From an uncultured cyanobacterium (GTDB lineage Bacteria > Cyanobacteriota > Cyanobacteriia > Leptolyngbyales > Leptolyngbyaceae), in the NCBI GenBank assembly GCA_963766075.1, contig CAVYAN010000073.1, positions 1-42,809 on the forward strand: a stretch of DNA of 42,809 nucleotides, in the 5' to 3' direction. Below, piece by piece: positions 1-10,360 of this stretch. Numbering within the stretch: position 1 is the first letter of the stretch; each line of letters starts with the position of its first letter. A program made the position numbers and the translations under genes. The notes under the pieces are model-generated. The model did not search any database, had not been told where the DNA came from, and worked only from the letters and a program-made list of their open reading frames with translations.

Positions 1-1275
1 GAAGGGCAGGCGCGGATCGGACTTGACCATCCCATTGACAAAAACACAGCCCGCCTCGATGCCATCGATGAACTGGGTCTGCTCCGTGGGGTCTTGGGTC
101 CAGACGCTGCTGCCCAGGCCAAAGGGCGTGTCATTCGCTAGGGCAATCGCCGCGGCCACATCGGCCACAACAAACAGCATCGCCACAGGGCCGAAAAACT
201 CTTGACGGGCGATCGCGCTATCTGGCGGCACCTGCGTCAAAATCGTCGGCGGGAAAAAATTGCCCGGACGCGGTAACGGTGTTCCCCCCAACCGCAGCGT
301 CGCTCCCTGCTCGACAGCGCTTTGCACTTGCCGCGTCAGCTCCTGCAAAATCATCGGGGTTGCCAGGGGGCCAATATCCGTGTCGGCAGCAAGGGGATCT
401 CCCACCTTCAGGGCGATAAACTGGTCAACTAAGCGCTGCTCAAACTCCGCAGCAATGTCGCGGTGGACAATGAACCGCTTGGCCGCGATACAGGTTTGGC
501 CGCTGTTCAGCATGCGGGCCGCCACTGCGGTCGACACGGCCACGGCCAAATCGGCACTGGGCATGACGATAAATGGATCACTGCCGCCGAGTTCCAGCAC
601 TACTTTTTTCAGATGAGTCCCTGCCGCCGCCGCTAAACTGGCCCCCGCCGGTTCACTGCCCGTTAGGGTAGCGGCTCGAATCCGGTCGTCTGCCAGGAGG
701 GCGGCCACCTGTTTTGCTTCGATCAAAAGGGTTTGAAAAGCTCCCACCGGAAATCCGGCTCGCTGCACCAGTGACTCGATCGCCAAGGCGGTCTGGGGCA
801 CGTTAGACGCATGTTTCAACAGCCCCACATTCCCCGCCATCAGGGCTGGAGCGGCAAAGCGAAATACCTGCCAGCAGGGAAAATTCCACGGCATTACCGC
901 TAAAATTGCCCCTAAGGGCTGGTAGCGCAGATAGCTCTGGCTGGCATCACTGGCTACGGGTTCATCGGCTAAAAACTCGGCCCCGTGATCGGCATAGAAG
1001 TGGCACACCAGGGCGCACTTTTCCACCTCGGCGATCGCTGACTTTAGCGTTTTGCCCATTTCTAGGGTGATCAGATGTGCCAAGGCAACTTTTTCGGCGA
1101 GCAACAGATCGGCGGCGGTTCTCAACCACTGCGATCGCTGCGCCCAAGCGGTCTGTCGATACTCAAGAAATGTTGCCTGCGATCGCGCTAATCGGGTTTC
1201 AATTTCCCGATTGGTTAAGGGTGTAAAGGTCTGAACAACCTGCCCCGTCGTGGGGTTGACTGTGGCAATACTCAT
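1..1275 (-). CDS. gabD: NAD(P)-dependent succinate-semialdehyde dehydrogenase (aldehyde dehydrogenase family); 3' end runs off the window
   Basis: Manual translation from ATG 1275: MSIATVNPTTG...LEMGKTL...VMPWNFP...LLKHAS...LELGGSDP...NSGQTCIAAKRF...ELFGPV...VKSDPRLPF. Absent from the ORF track because it has no stop in the window. Confidence 0.9.
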   Translation of the reverse strand, partial: MSIATVNPTTGQVVQTFTPLTNREIETRLARSQATFLEYRQTAWAQRSQWLRTAADLLLAEKVALAHLITLEMGKTLKSAIAEVEKCALVCHFYADHGAEFLADEPVASDASQSYLRYQPLGAILAVMPWNFPCWQVFRFAAPALMAGNVGLLKHASNVPQTALAIESLVQRAGFPVGAFQTLLIEAKQVAALLADDRIRAATLTGSEPAGASLAAAAGTHLKKVVLELGGSDPFIVMPSADLAVAVSTAVAARMLNSGQTCIAAKRFIVHRDIAAEFEQRLVDQFIALKVGDPLAADTDIGPLATPMILQELTRQVQSAVEQGATLRLGGTPLPRPGNFFPPTILTQVPPDSAIARQEFFGPVAMLFVVADVAAAIALANDTPFGLGSSVWTQDPTEQTQFIDGIEAGCVFVNGMVKSDPRLPF

Positions 1276-1292
1276 CTTTTTTGCCCCGATAA

Positions 1293-1324
1293 TGCGACGA
1301 ATGGCCCGTGCGGCGAATGGCCCG
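1293..1324. repeat. 16-bp tandem duplication upstream of gabD
   Basis: tgcgacgaatggcccg / tgcggcgaatggcccg. Confidence 0.85.
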
Positions 1325-1474
1325 CAAATAACAATCTTCAATGACAAATTACAATTGCGGTACCTCCAGTGGCTAAGCTGAACCGCCAACGCCGTGGTGG
1401 GGTGAAGCTGCTAAATGCGTTGGTATTGCTTAGTCGTCAGGCATCATGACGTGGGCGATCTATCGAACCTCTGT

Positions 1475-1518
1475 TTGTCCATACCGGAAAACCAAATTGT
1501 CGATACCGGAAAACCAAA
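1475..1518. repeat. 22-bp tandem duplication in the divergent gabD/MarR intergenic region
   Basis: ttgtccataccggaaaaccaaa / ttgtcgataccggaaaaccaaa. Confidence 0.9.
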
Positions 1519-1646
1519 ACTAAAAACGTGATGCCCTTGTTCTAGTTTTATTGTAAATTTGCCCTAACCCACCCCTGGGGAAATGACAGGTTTTCGTTAG
1601 GTTATTAGCGATCGCCCTTTCTCTAAAATCCTTGTACCGATACCCC

Positions 1647-2183
1647 ATGTCCGCCTTGCCTCCCCTGCCCCCTGCCCAACTCGCCGCCCAAGAGCCCTGT
1701 CTTGCTGTGTTGCGGGAATTGGTCCGGACTTACCAAGCCTTTTCTGCCTTTGATGAGGTTCACATTCGCCAACTGGGTTTGACCTGTCCCCAGTTTGATG
1801 TGATTGCGACCCTTGGCAATACTCCGGGATTGACCATGGGACAGATTGCCGAAAAAACCCTAGTCACGAAAGGAACCCTGACGGGCATTGTCGATCGCCT
1901 GGAAAAAAAAGGTCTGGTTCAGCGCCTTGTGCCCCCGGAAAATCGTCGCTGTTTTGTGATTGTCCTCACTCCGGCGGGAGAGCAGGTGTTTAACACCGCC
2001 TTTCCGGCTCATATTCAAACCTTGAAGCAGCAATTTAGCGGCATGAGTTCCCTAGAGATGGCCGAAGTTCAGGCTGCGATCGCCAAAATCCGTCTCTTGT
2101 TTCAGCCCTCTTCTAATGCTACGGATTCTATGGATTCCACGGACCTTTGTGGTCCAGCACAATCCAGTCAAGAGTTTGGCTAA
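1647..2183 (+). CDS. MarR-family transcriptional regulator
   Basis: LTCPQFDVIATL...TKGTLTGIVDRLEKKGLVQR...ENRRCFVIVLTPAG winged-helix signature; ATG at 1647. Confidence 0.9.
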   Translation: MSALPPLPPAQLAAQEPCLAVLRELVRTYQAFSAFDEVHIRQLGLTCPQFDVIATLGNTPGLTMGQIAEKTLVTKGTLTGIVDRLEKKGLVQRLVPPENRRCFVIVLTPAGEQVFNTAFPAHIQTLKQQFSGMSSLEMAEVQAAIAKIRLLFQPSSNATDSMDSTDLCGPAQSSQEFG

Positions 2184-2239
2184 ACAAGAATGTGGCTCAA
2201 GCGGTCGGGGCCTGAATGGGGGCTGCAACGGATCGGGGG

Positions 2240-2824
2240 CTAAAGGGTGAAATCCAGAGTTTCTAACTGCGGCAAAATTTGCTGAAACGCTAATCCGCGA
2301 TGGCTCACTCGATGCTTTAGGATCGCAGGCATCGCTGCAAAGGTTAACTGATGTTCCGGCATGTAAAAGACCGGATCGTAACCAAACCCCCCCGTACCTT
2401 CAGGGGCCAGCAAAATTTGACCGGGGCAAATTCCTTCAGCGTGGAGGGCGATCGCCCCATCGGGACGCGCCACGGCGATCGCACACACAAACTGGGCGGC
2501 TCGATTGGATTGATGCTCTAAAGCCGCCAGCAGGCGCGTAATCCGGTCTGCATCGTCCCGACCATAGCGGGCGGAATAAATTCCCGGTGCCCCGTCTAGA
2601 GCATCAACAGCTAAACCGGAATCATCGGCGATCGCCCACTGCCCCAGTGCCCGTGCCACCTGGGAAGCCTTTAGACAAGCATTTTCCAGAAACGTTTGCC
2701 CGGTTTCCTCTACGTCCAATGCCTCCGGCTTTAACCTCAGGTCCCACTTGGGATCTGTCAGGTAAGCTTGCATTTCCACCAGCTTCCCCGGATTTCCCGT
2801 CGCCACTACCAAAACCGTCATCAT
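2240..2824 (-). CDS. rdgB: Non-canonical purine NTP pyrophosphatase (RdgB/HAM1)
   Basis: VATGNPGK, EETGQTFLENA, ADDSGL, PGIYSAR, GFGYDPVF, SHRG motifs; start could be further upstream (2848). Confidence 0.93.
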   Translation of the reverse strand: MMTVLVVATGNPGKLVEMQAYLTDPKWDLRLKPEALDVEETGQTFLENACLKASQVARALGQWAIADDSGLAVDALDGAPGIYSARYGRDDADRITRLLAALEHQSNRAAQFVCAIAVARPDGAIALHAEGICPGQILLAPEGTGGFGYDPVFYMPEHQLTFAAMPAILKHRVSHRGLAFQQILPQLETLDFTL

Positions 2825-2851
2825 CCTTTTCCCCGCGCTACCCGTCACTGT

Positions 2852-3604
2852 CTAGCTATCACCCACGGCGTTTTGAAACGCCTCCCACTCCACAACATCC
2901 TGGAGTAGGACCTCATAGCCCGCCCCATTCGGATGCAGACCATCCGTTAGCATGTGGGCCTGACACCAGATTTCTCCTCGCCGTTGCCATCGGTCAAACA
3001 CGTCTAAGTAGGGAATTTGACGCGAGGCACAGGCGAGGCGGGTCACTTCTTTATACTGCCATTGGTCGGCATGGTTGTAGTGTAGGCAATCCATAAAGGG
3101 CATTTTGGCCTCGTCCACGGGCACCATGCCAATGAATAGCACCGGACACAAGTGTTGAGCCTGATCGAGGAGCTGCGCGATCGCCGCTTCAAATTGATCA
3201 AAATCGGTGAAATTCCGGCCATTCAGCCGCCCCAGCCGCGCTGAATCATTCACTCCCACTGATAACAGCAGCAGGTCAGGGACCCGATTGCGCAACTCGC
3301 CCCGATGGCGAAACTCATGCTCCAATCGCTGGGCCACCTGTTCCACGCCATCACCCCGCACGCCCAAGTTATACACCGCAGGCCCCGAGCCATCGAGATA
3401 CATCCAGCCCCGCCGCAACCGCTCTACCCAACCGCCGCCCACCGGATCCCCAAATCCATAGATCACACTATCGCCCATGGCCACAACCTTCAGCGGGGCG
3501 ATCGCCTTCAGCGGATGGATTGCCCGGGCCGTTGCCTGTCGGGACGCCGCACCCGAGGGCGATGCCGAAACAGGTAAAGGGACAGAGGTCTGCATAGTCT
3601 GCAT
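2852..3604 (-). CDS. GDSL/SGNH-family esterase/lipase
   Basis: GDSVIYG, NLGVRGD, GVND, DGLHPN blocks. Confidence 0.9.
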   Translation of the reverse strand: MQTMQTSVPLPVSASPSGAASRQATARAIHPLKAIAPLKVVAMGDSVIYGFGDPVGGGWVERLRRGWMYLDGSGPAVYNLGVRGDGVEQVAQRLEHEFRHRGELRNRVPDLLLLSVGVNDSARLGRLNGRNFTDFDQFEAAIAQLLDQAQHLCPVLFIGMVPVDEAKMPFMDCLHYNHADQWQYKEVTRLACASRQIPYLDVFDRWQRRGEIWCQAHMLTDGLHPNGAGYEVLLQDVVEWEAFQNAVGDS

Positions 3605-3852
3605 AGAATAGAGTCTATAGAGAGAGAACTAGAGAGAACTGACCAGAGAGAGAACTACATTCCGTTCCGCCTTGGGAAGCCAGCCATGACTTGCGATGGC
3701 TTGACTTTTCCAAGATCTAATTCGTCCAGTATATTTGTAAATCTTGACAAATGATTGGAATTCGTTACTCAGGCGACATTCCCTGGGGATTCCGTTCAGG
3801 GTTGCTTGTCCCTGTTAAACTGTAACAGCACACTCCTGAGTCCTTCTTGGCT

Positions 3853-4080
3853 ATGCACAAACGTCCCATTTTCGATTCCACCCATTTGATGCGTCGGGCA
3901 GACGAGTTGATTTCGGCGGCTTCTAATCGCTACAAAATTACGGTGCAGGTGGCGAATCGGGCCAAGCGGCGGCGGTTTGAGGATTTTGACAGCATGGACG
4001 ATGTCTCCATGAAGCCCGTGATGCGCGCCATTATTGAAATGTCTGATGAGTTGACTCAGCCGGAAATTATTGGGGAATAG
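3853..4080 (+). CDS. rpoZ: RNA polymerase omega subunit (cyanobacterial type)
   Basis: [19 protein letters not shown]...[20 protein letters not shown]. Confidence 0.95.
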   Translation: MHKRPIFDSTHLMRRADELISAASNRYKITVQVANRAKRRRFEDFDSMDDVSMKPVMRAIIEMSDELTQPEIIGE

Positions 4081-4180
4081 CGTAGAAAATTTTGGGCAGT
4101 TGACGTTGGACGTTGGATTGGCTCTGGCGTCCAAATCTGCTCCAAGTGTGACCGATTTTGTTTTTTATTTTGCAAGTGTC

Positions 4181-4792
4181 ATGGCCAGTCAGTCACAAAA
4201 CCATAAACGGGGGCTTCTTGTGCTGCTTGCTGTGGCAACTACGGCAGTGCTGTTGCTAAGCAGTGCGCTCCATAACGCTGATTTATTGGGCAGTTCTGCC
4301 GCGATCGCCCAGCGTGTTAGTCCGGATACCGTTTGGCAACAGGTTTATCAAAAGCTGCCGGACTTTCCCCGGGAAAATCAATACATCAGTACTGAAACTC
4401 GCAAAGCGGCTCCGGAAAATACTCTGGTCGGTCGTCTGGTTCGCTACCACGTTTACGTAAAAGGCCGTCCACCCCAGTACCGCCTGGACTGGAAGATTAC
4501 CCTGGCGGACTATCTCAGCATCAACGAGCGTATCGACGAAGATGCCTATCCCAGTCGTAGTACCCTCAAACCCAATCCCATGGCCGGTGATATCGCTGCG
4601 ATTGAACGGCTCAATCGGGCGCAGCGAGAGGCCCTAATTCAAGCTTTGGTGGATGCCTTTGCGCCGCCGGTGCGTGCCGTTGCTTCACCGCTGCCCCCGG
4701 TTTCTCCAACGCCTGCGCCGACGCCGATGGCTCTGCCTAAGCCGGTATCGCCGCCAGCGCGTGGTCCCGGTGCCGCTGATTTACTCAAATAA
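4181..4792 (+). CDS. Conserved cyanobacterial hypothetical protein with signal/TM segment and Pro-rich tail
   Basis: Hydrophobic N-terminus; VYQKLPDFPRENQY...RLVRYHVYVKGRP..RLDWKITLADYL motif. Confidence 0.75.
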   Translation: MASQSQNHKRGLLVLLAVATTAVLLLSSALHNADLLGSSAAIAQRVSPDTVWQQVYQKLPDFPRENQYISTETRKAAPENTLVGRLVRYHVYVKGRPPQYRLDWKITLADYLSINERIDEDAYPSRSTLKPNPMAGDIAAIERLNRAQREALIQALVDAFAPPVRAVASPLPPVSPTPAPTPMALPKPVSPPARGPGAADLLK

Positions 4793-4867
4793 TTGGCTGC
4801 CCATAGGTTTCAAAATTTCTCAAAGCCGTTCTACCGGTATTTCCCCAACTATTTCCCAACCCTTTTC

Positions 4868-5233
4868 ATGACCCGCCTGATCAAGAGTGGTGCGGGCTGG
4901 CGCATCGGCTGGGACCCCAGTGCTGACCCCTTCCCAGGACTCGTCGGTACCGATGACTGGTCTCTAGAGTTAACCCTCCCAGAATTCAACGATTTTTGTC
5001 GGTTGGTGGCCCAGTTGACAACGACGATGGCCCAGATGCAGACAATGCTAATGGATGAAGAAGCGATCGCCATTGAAGCCGAAAGCGATCACCTCTGGCT
5101 AGAAGCGACGGGCTATCCCCATGCCTATCGGCTGCATCTAATTTTGCTGACAGGCCGCCGTGCCGAAGGGTTCTGGGGGGCAGAAGCCGTCCCCGCCTTG
5201 GTGCAGGCGGCCCAATCTATCCAGGTTTTTTGA
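4868..5233 (+). CDS. DUF1818-family protein
   Basis: SGAGWRIGWDP...LVGTDDWSLELT..EFNDF...GRRAEGFW. Confidence 0.8.
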   Translation: MTRLIKSGAGWRIGWDPSADPFPGLVGTDDWSLELTLPEFNDFCRLVAQLTTTMAQMQTMLMDEEAIAIEAESDHLWLEATGYPHAYRLHLILLTGRRAEGFWGAEAVPALVQAAQSIQVF

Positions 5234-5391
5234 GCTGCCGGGGTCCGTTTGATATCGCGTCTATTTGATACTGCATCGATGGCCCGATTCAGCGCTGCGG
5301 CAAGGGCGGCATTCTGGGGTAGGGGATCCACTGGTATGATGCTGAAGGCCATGGGTTGCATTGACCCTGATTAAGCTCTTCCATTCTCCGT

Positions 5392-6891
5392 ATGGCTAAT
5401 CCTCTGATCGGTTCACGCACCCTGCGTCCACAAAAAAATATTTGGTTTGAACGGGCCATGGCGATCGCCGCCGTTACTAACCTTGGCCTAGTTCTTTTTG
5501 ATCTGAGCTATGTGCCCTGGCGGGACTTTTGGCTACAAGGTCGGTTTCAGGTGCCGCTGATTAACCTGCCCCTACAAATCCCCATGGCAGAGCAAATTAC
5601 CCGGTGGTATGACCCGATCAAAGGGATTGAACCGCACCGAGAAACGCAGAAATATCTGGAGGCGATTGACCAGTTAGAGCAAACGGTGCAGCAAAAAGGG
5701 ATCACCGCCGCCGAAGCGCAGCCTCTACTGGCTGACCTGCGCAATCTGAGCCACGAAATGATTGCGACGAATCCGTTTCAAACCGCCAACAAAAGTGGCA
5801 CCCTGGAAAAAATTAAAAATCGCATGCGCGATCGCCTCTACAACAATCCTAAGGAAGGCTCTGCTCACAAAGCCTTTGACACCTTCTGGAGTGCCGAGTA
5901 TCTTTCTCGCGCCGACAAATCCCAGGAACTGGCTTGGTTCAACCACCAAATCAAACCCTTGATCGCCACCAACTATTATCGCACCCTCAGTGAATCCGGC
6001 GACTCCACCAATAACTTTGGCATTCTAGAAGCGCCCTTTGCCGCGCTATTTTTTCTGGAGTTTCTGGCCCGCACCTTCTTTCTATACCGTCGCGATCCGC
6101 GCCTCACCTGGCCCGATGCCATGATCACGCGTGCCTATGACGTGCTGCTCTTTTTTCCCTTTTGGCTCAGTTTCCCAGCGTTGGGGTTATTGCGAGCTTT
6201 GCCAGTGGCCATCCGATTGCATCAAGCGGAACTGGTGAATATGGACCATCTGCGGGAGCAAGTTACCCAACTGTTTGTCAGTAGCATTGCCCCAGAACTC
6301 ACCGAAGCCGTCGTGGTTCAGGTCCTTGACCAAGCCCAAGGGGCCCTGCGCCGAGGCGATCTGTCGCGTGTGCTTGGCCAAGCCCTCACCCAGCCTCGCG
6401 TTCAAATCAACGATACCGATGAAGTCGCCGCGATTTCTACGCTGTTGATTCAGTTGACGGTTTATCAAGTTCTGCCTAAAATCCAGCCTGAATTGGAACA
6501 GCTTCTAACCCACAGCATTGATAGTGTGCTGAAACAATCTCCCGCCTATAAGAATTTGCGCAGCCTACCCGGAATTGGCGATGTACCGACTCAAGTCAGC
6601 CAGCGCCTTGTCAAAGAGATTATCCAAGCCGTGTATCAAACGGTCACTCTGGCGGTAGCGGATCCCGTCGGCACGCAGTTGTCGAGTCAACTGGTGCAAA
6701 AGTTAGGTCAAACCTTTACGAACGAATTGCAAGAGCAAAAAGTTCTCCAAGAGATTCAAGTCTTGGTGGATGATCTGCTGGAAGAAGTGAAACTAACCTT
6801 TGCCACGCAGCCTCCTCCTGTGAGCGTGACCACGCGCTTAGAGTCTCCTCAGCAGTTCCATCAAATGACGCGCCACTCGGATCCCCAGTAG
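5392..6891 (+). CDS. Conserved cyanobacterial membrane protein (hypothetical)
   Basis: 499-aa ORF with several hydrophobic helices; FDLSYVPWRDFW, YDPIKGIEPHRET and KSGTLEKIKNRMR motifs. Confidence 0.8.
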   Translation: MANPLIGSRTLRPQKNIWFERAMAIAAVTNLGLVLFDLSYVPWRDFWLQGRFQVPLINLPLQIPMAEQITRWYDPIKGIEPHRETQKYLEAIDQLEQTVQQKGITAAEAQPLLADLRNLSHEMIATNPFQTANKSGTLEKIKNRMRDRLYNNPKEGSAHKAFDTFWSAEYLSRADKSQELAWFNHQIKPLIATNYYRTLSESGDSTNNFGILEAPFAALFFLEFLARTFFLYRRDPRLTWPDAMITRAYDVLLFFPFWLSFPALGLLRALPVAIRLHQAELVNMDHLREQVTQLFVSSIAPELTEAVVVQVLDQAQGALRRGDLSRVLGQALTQPRVQINDTDEVAAISTLLIQLTVYQVLPKIQPELEQLLTHSIDSVLKQSPAYKNLRSLPGIGDVPTQVSQRLVKEIIQAVYQTVTLAVADPVGTQLSSQLVQKLGQTFTNELQEQKVLQEIQVLVDDLLEEVKLTFATQPPPVSVTTRLESPQQFHQMTRHSDPQ

Positions 6892-7180
6892 CAGGGCTTC
6901 CCGGTCATTTCTGAGCGATCTTTCTGTTGAGTCAGCGTTAGTGGGGGACGCGTTGCAGAATCCCAAAAAATACCAGTGCCAAACCCGCGAACAACGGTTA
7001 GGATCTAGCCCTACCAGTCCGCTGGATGGCCTGAAGTCAGCCCCGGAGCACAAAGTATCTAAATAATTTAACGGGGGATGGCTGAGCCGTATCCCCTATT
7101 TTCTAGGGTTCTGATCTTTAATGTCCTGATAGCGGCCCCGCCGGAATGAATACCTCAGTGGTTCCCCACACGCCAATGCT

Positions 7181-7972
7181 ATGCACTTTGCCATAAGAGT
7201 TGCCACGCTGATTATTTGTTGTTTGAGTTTTGCGCCGTTGTCTGCCACTGCCCAAAGCTTTGAGAAGCAAGAAGTTGATAATTTAGCGATCGTGGCGATC
7301 GCTGCTCCCTATGGCGATCGCGCCCATCAATTGCGGGTCATTCAACAGGTGAGCAGCACCCGATCCTGTTGGAGTGAAGTGGGAGCTAATCCTGTCGAAA
7401 TTGATCTGCTACTCAATCAATTTGACTACACCAATATCTGTAACGTGGGGACTGATAGCAACGGCTTCTCCATCCGCATGGCGGATCAAGACCTCGGTCT
7501 CATCTACAGCCTGCGCATTGTGGACCGGGCCACGGATCTGGTTCTCATCGGTGTCCCGCCCCTTGGCGTCAAAGCTCCCGAAATTGAAATCGGACGCGCC
7601 AATGGCTACACCCCCGGCTTTGCCAAAATTCAGCTCAATCCCGGCTGGCGCTTCACCCGCCGCGCCTTTAATGGCATGGGCCTGGGGCACATTTACCTCA
7701 CGTCCGACCAACCGCTACAAAACTGGCTGGCCACTCCAGCCAATCTCCCCAGAAATTCGTCAGAAATGGAGTCGCCTGCTATACCTCCCGCCGTTGGTCC
7801 GACCACTGTTGCTCCTATCATGGCTGTCCCTGCTCCTACTGTGCCATCCTCGATGCCTCGGCCCAGCCGTCTGCCCGATGCCGCCATTCCGATCTTTGTG
7901 CCTCCCCCGATACAACGTTCGGAGCCATTGACCCCGCAAACTCCAGAACTACCGCCGCCGCCATCATTCTAG
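7181..7972 (+). CDS. DUF3747-domain secreted protein with Pro-rich C-terminus
   Basis: Signal peptide; CWSE..NPVEIDLLL..FDYTNIC...DSNGFSIR...LNPGWRFTRR...LGHIYL. Confidence 0.8.
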   Translation: MHFAIRVATLIICCLSFAPLSATAQSFEKQEVDNLAIVAIAAPYGDRAHQLRVIQQVSSTRSCWSEVGANPVEIDLLLNQFDYTNICNVGTDSNGFSIRMADQDLGLIYSLRIVDRATDLVLIGVPPLGVKAPEIEIGRANGYTPGFAKIQLNPGWRFTRRAFNGMGLGHIYLTSDQPLQNWLATPANLPRNSSEMESPAIPPAVGPTTVAPIMAVPAPTVPSSMPRPSRLPDAAIPIFVPPPIQRSEPLTPQTPELPPPPSF

Positions 7973-8051
7973 GCTGAGTTCAGCCAAGGGTGAGCCAAGG
8001 GCTGAGTGGGTCAAGTCCACTAGGCACTGCGTTTCAGGAAATTTGCCCCTG

Positions 8052-8082
8052 AAAAAAAGAAGCGCTGTATAACAGCGCTTCT
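8052..8082 (-). terminator. Rho-independent terminator downstream of sigA
   Basis: Stem agaagcgctgt-ata-acagcgcttct followed by a T-run on the minus strand. Confidence 0.85.
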
Positions 8083-8158
8083 AAGTTCTAATGATAGGCA
8101 AACTGATCAGCTAACCGTAGGGGCTTAACCCAACAGTGGGTAGGACGCCTTGGAGTCC

Positions 8159-9306
8159 CTAGCGGATGTACTCCTTCAGAACACTATTGCGATTGGGGTG
8201 ACGCAGTTTGCGCAGCGCCTTTGCCTCAATTTGGCGAATCCGTTCACGGGTAACGTTAAAGATCTGACCAATTTCTTCCAAGGTCTTCATGCGCCCGTCA
8301 TCTAAACCATACCGCAGACGCAACACATCGCGCTCGCGAGGGCTAAGGGTGTCCAAACACTCTCCAGAGTCTTCTCGGAGCAGGTTTTTAGACACCTGGT
8401 CTTCTGGCGTTTCGCCATCAGACTCAATAAAGTCACCTAAGCGGGAATCTTCCTCTTTCCCAATCGGGGTTTCTAACGAAATCGGCAGTTGAGCAGACTT
8501 CGCAATAAACCGCAGTTTCTCGATGGTCATTTCCATCCGCGTAGCGATTTCTTCCTCAGTGGGCTTACGTCCCATTTCTTGCGACAAGTAGCTTGGTCGT
8601 TTTCTTGATCCGAGAGATGGTCTCGTAAAGGTGGACAGGGAGACGAATCGTGCGAGACTGATCGGCGATCGCCCGTGTAATCGCCTGACGAATCCACCAC
8701 GTCGCGTAGGTAGAGAACTTATAACCCTTCTCGTGGTCAAACTTCTCTGCCGCCCGAATCAGACCCAAACTGCCTTCCTGAATCAAATCCTGGAAAGAAA
8801 GCCCCCGGTTCATATATTTTTTGGCGATAGAAACCACCAACCGCAGGTTGGATTGCACCATCTTGTCTTTCGCCCGACGACCCAGGTGCAGACCGATGGC
8901 GGAAGGCAGGAAAGTGGCATGTTGACTGCATTTGCCCATTCCTTATCTTGTGGATCCCGATCAAGCTGTTCCGAAAGCTCTTCTCGAATACGCTCTAACT
9001 CCAGCAAGATCTGCAATTTTGCGCGCCAAGCTCAATTTCTTCATCTGCACGCAGAAGCCGAATCCGCCCAATTTCCTGCAAGATAAAGTCGGATGGAATC
9101 TTCGGTGTAATGCTTCTTTTTAGCTGTGCCCGTCGGCGGGTCGTGCGGGCTTTAGCAGGCTTGCCGTCTTCCCCATCGGCCACCGCTTCAACAGCATCAT
9201 CCGATAGTCGTCTAGATCACTCAAAAACCTAAAGTCGCTCATCTGGCAAGTCACCAGAGGCATCATTTAGCAAATCAATTGCGAGTACGTCGTTGGCCTG
9301 GGTCAT
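8159..9306 (-). CDS. rpoD: Principal sigma factor SigA/RpoD, broken by multiple frameshifts (probably sequencing error)
   Basis: Start MTQANDVL at 9306; [54 protein letters not shown] and [27 protein letters not shown] are spread over four ORF-track fragments. Confidence 0.93.
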
Positions 9307-10360
9307 GCCGCGTTCCTCATGCTCCTTAACTAAAAGAAAAACAAAATTCAGTCAACAGAGAACATCAATCCCAGTCAATGCAGGTTGGTTGCACAGCTAC
9401 CGTCCCACTTGACTCTGCTTGTTTACACATCACCAACATTACCTCTGCAACGAGAATCGCTAGGCAGAGACACGTCATGACAACTTAACTTTGGGAAAAA
9501 CTGATCCGAGAACCTTCTGATTGTAACTTTTCTCACAAAAGTTGCACGCTTTTGCTTTGAGTTTGTCACGAATGATCCGGGGGGAGTCAGTTTCCACACT
9601 TACCAACGAGGCGAGAGTTGCCAGTAGGCATGCCAGATTAGGTATGCAAGACAGCGGATATGCCGGACTGCACTGAAATGCAGACATTAACAATTTCCAA
9701 GCATCCGCCCCAAAGACTAGACATCATGAGGGCAGCGCTGGGTTCAAATTTTGACATACCCGCCAATGACTCGATAATGGCCCGCTAGTGCGAAAAGACG
9801 CACTGAAATCAGTAGGCTTATCAAGTCCGCCGGAGCCAAGGGGGGATGCAATTGCAAAACCTTTTACCCACCCTGCAAACCTCATAAATGGACGGGATAG
9901 ACAATCCCCTTTAGCTAAAGTAGCTCAAACTTCCTGAAGTTTCACAGAGTCTATATTAAGATTAAATAGCAAATTGCACCCCCAAAAAACAAGAGTTTTT
10001 CTTGAGTCCCGGCGTTAAATTTCCAGTAAAATCCATACGCTGTAATAGTTTTAGGCTATTTACAGAATCTTTAAACTTCGCTCATTCCAGAGACTCGGCT
10101 TTGTTTTGTGATTAAAAGCTTTAATCGCCCTCAGGGCCAACCATAAAATATTGATTTTACGGTTGCGGTTTCTTGATAAAGCGACTAGCTTCCTGCTGTA
10201 GTCTCCTGGCTTCCCGATGGGGTAAGGTCGATAAAAGCCCACAGATTGAGCTCATAAATTAACTGTTGTAGCGATCGCGCCGCCCGCATAGTCAGGCGAG
10301 CCAGTCCTGCCTTGATTCAGGATGGCGAGTTTCAAGGATTTTCGCCGTGCCCAGGCATAA

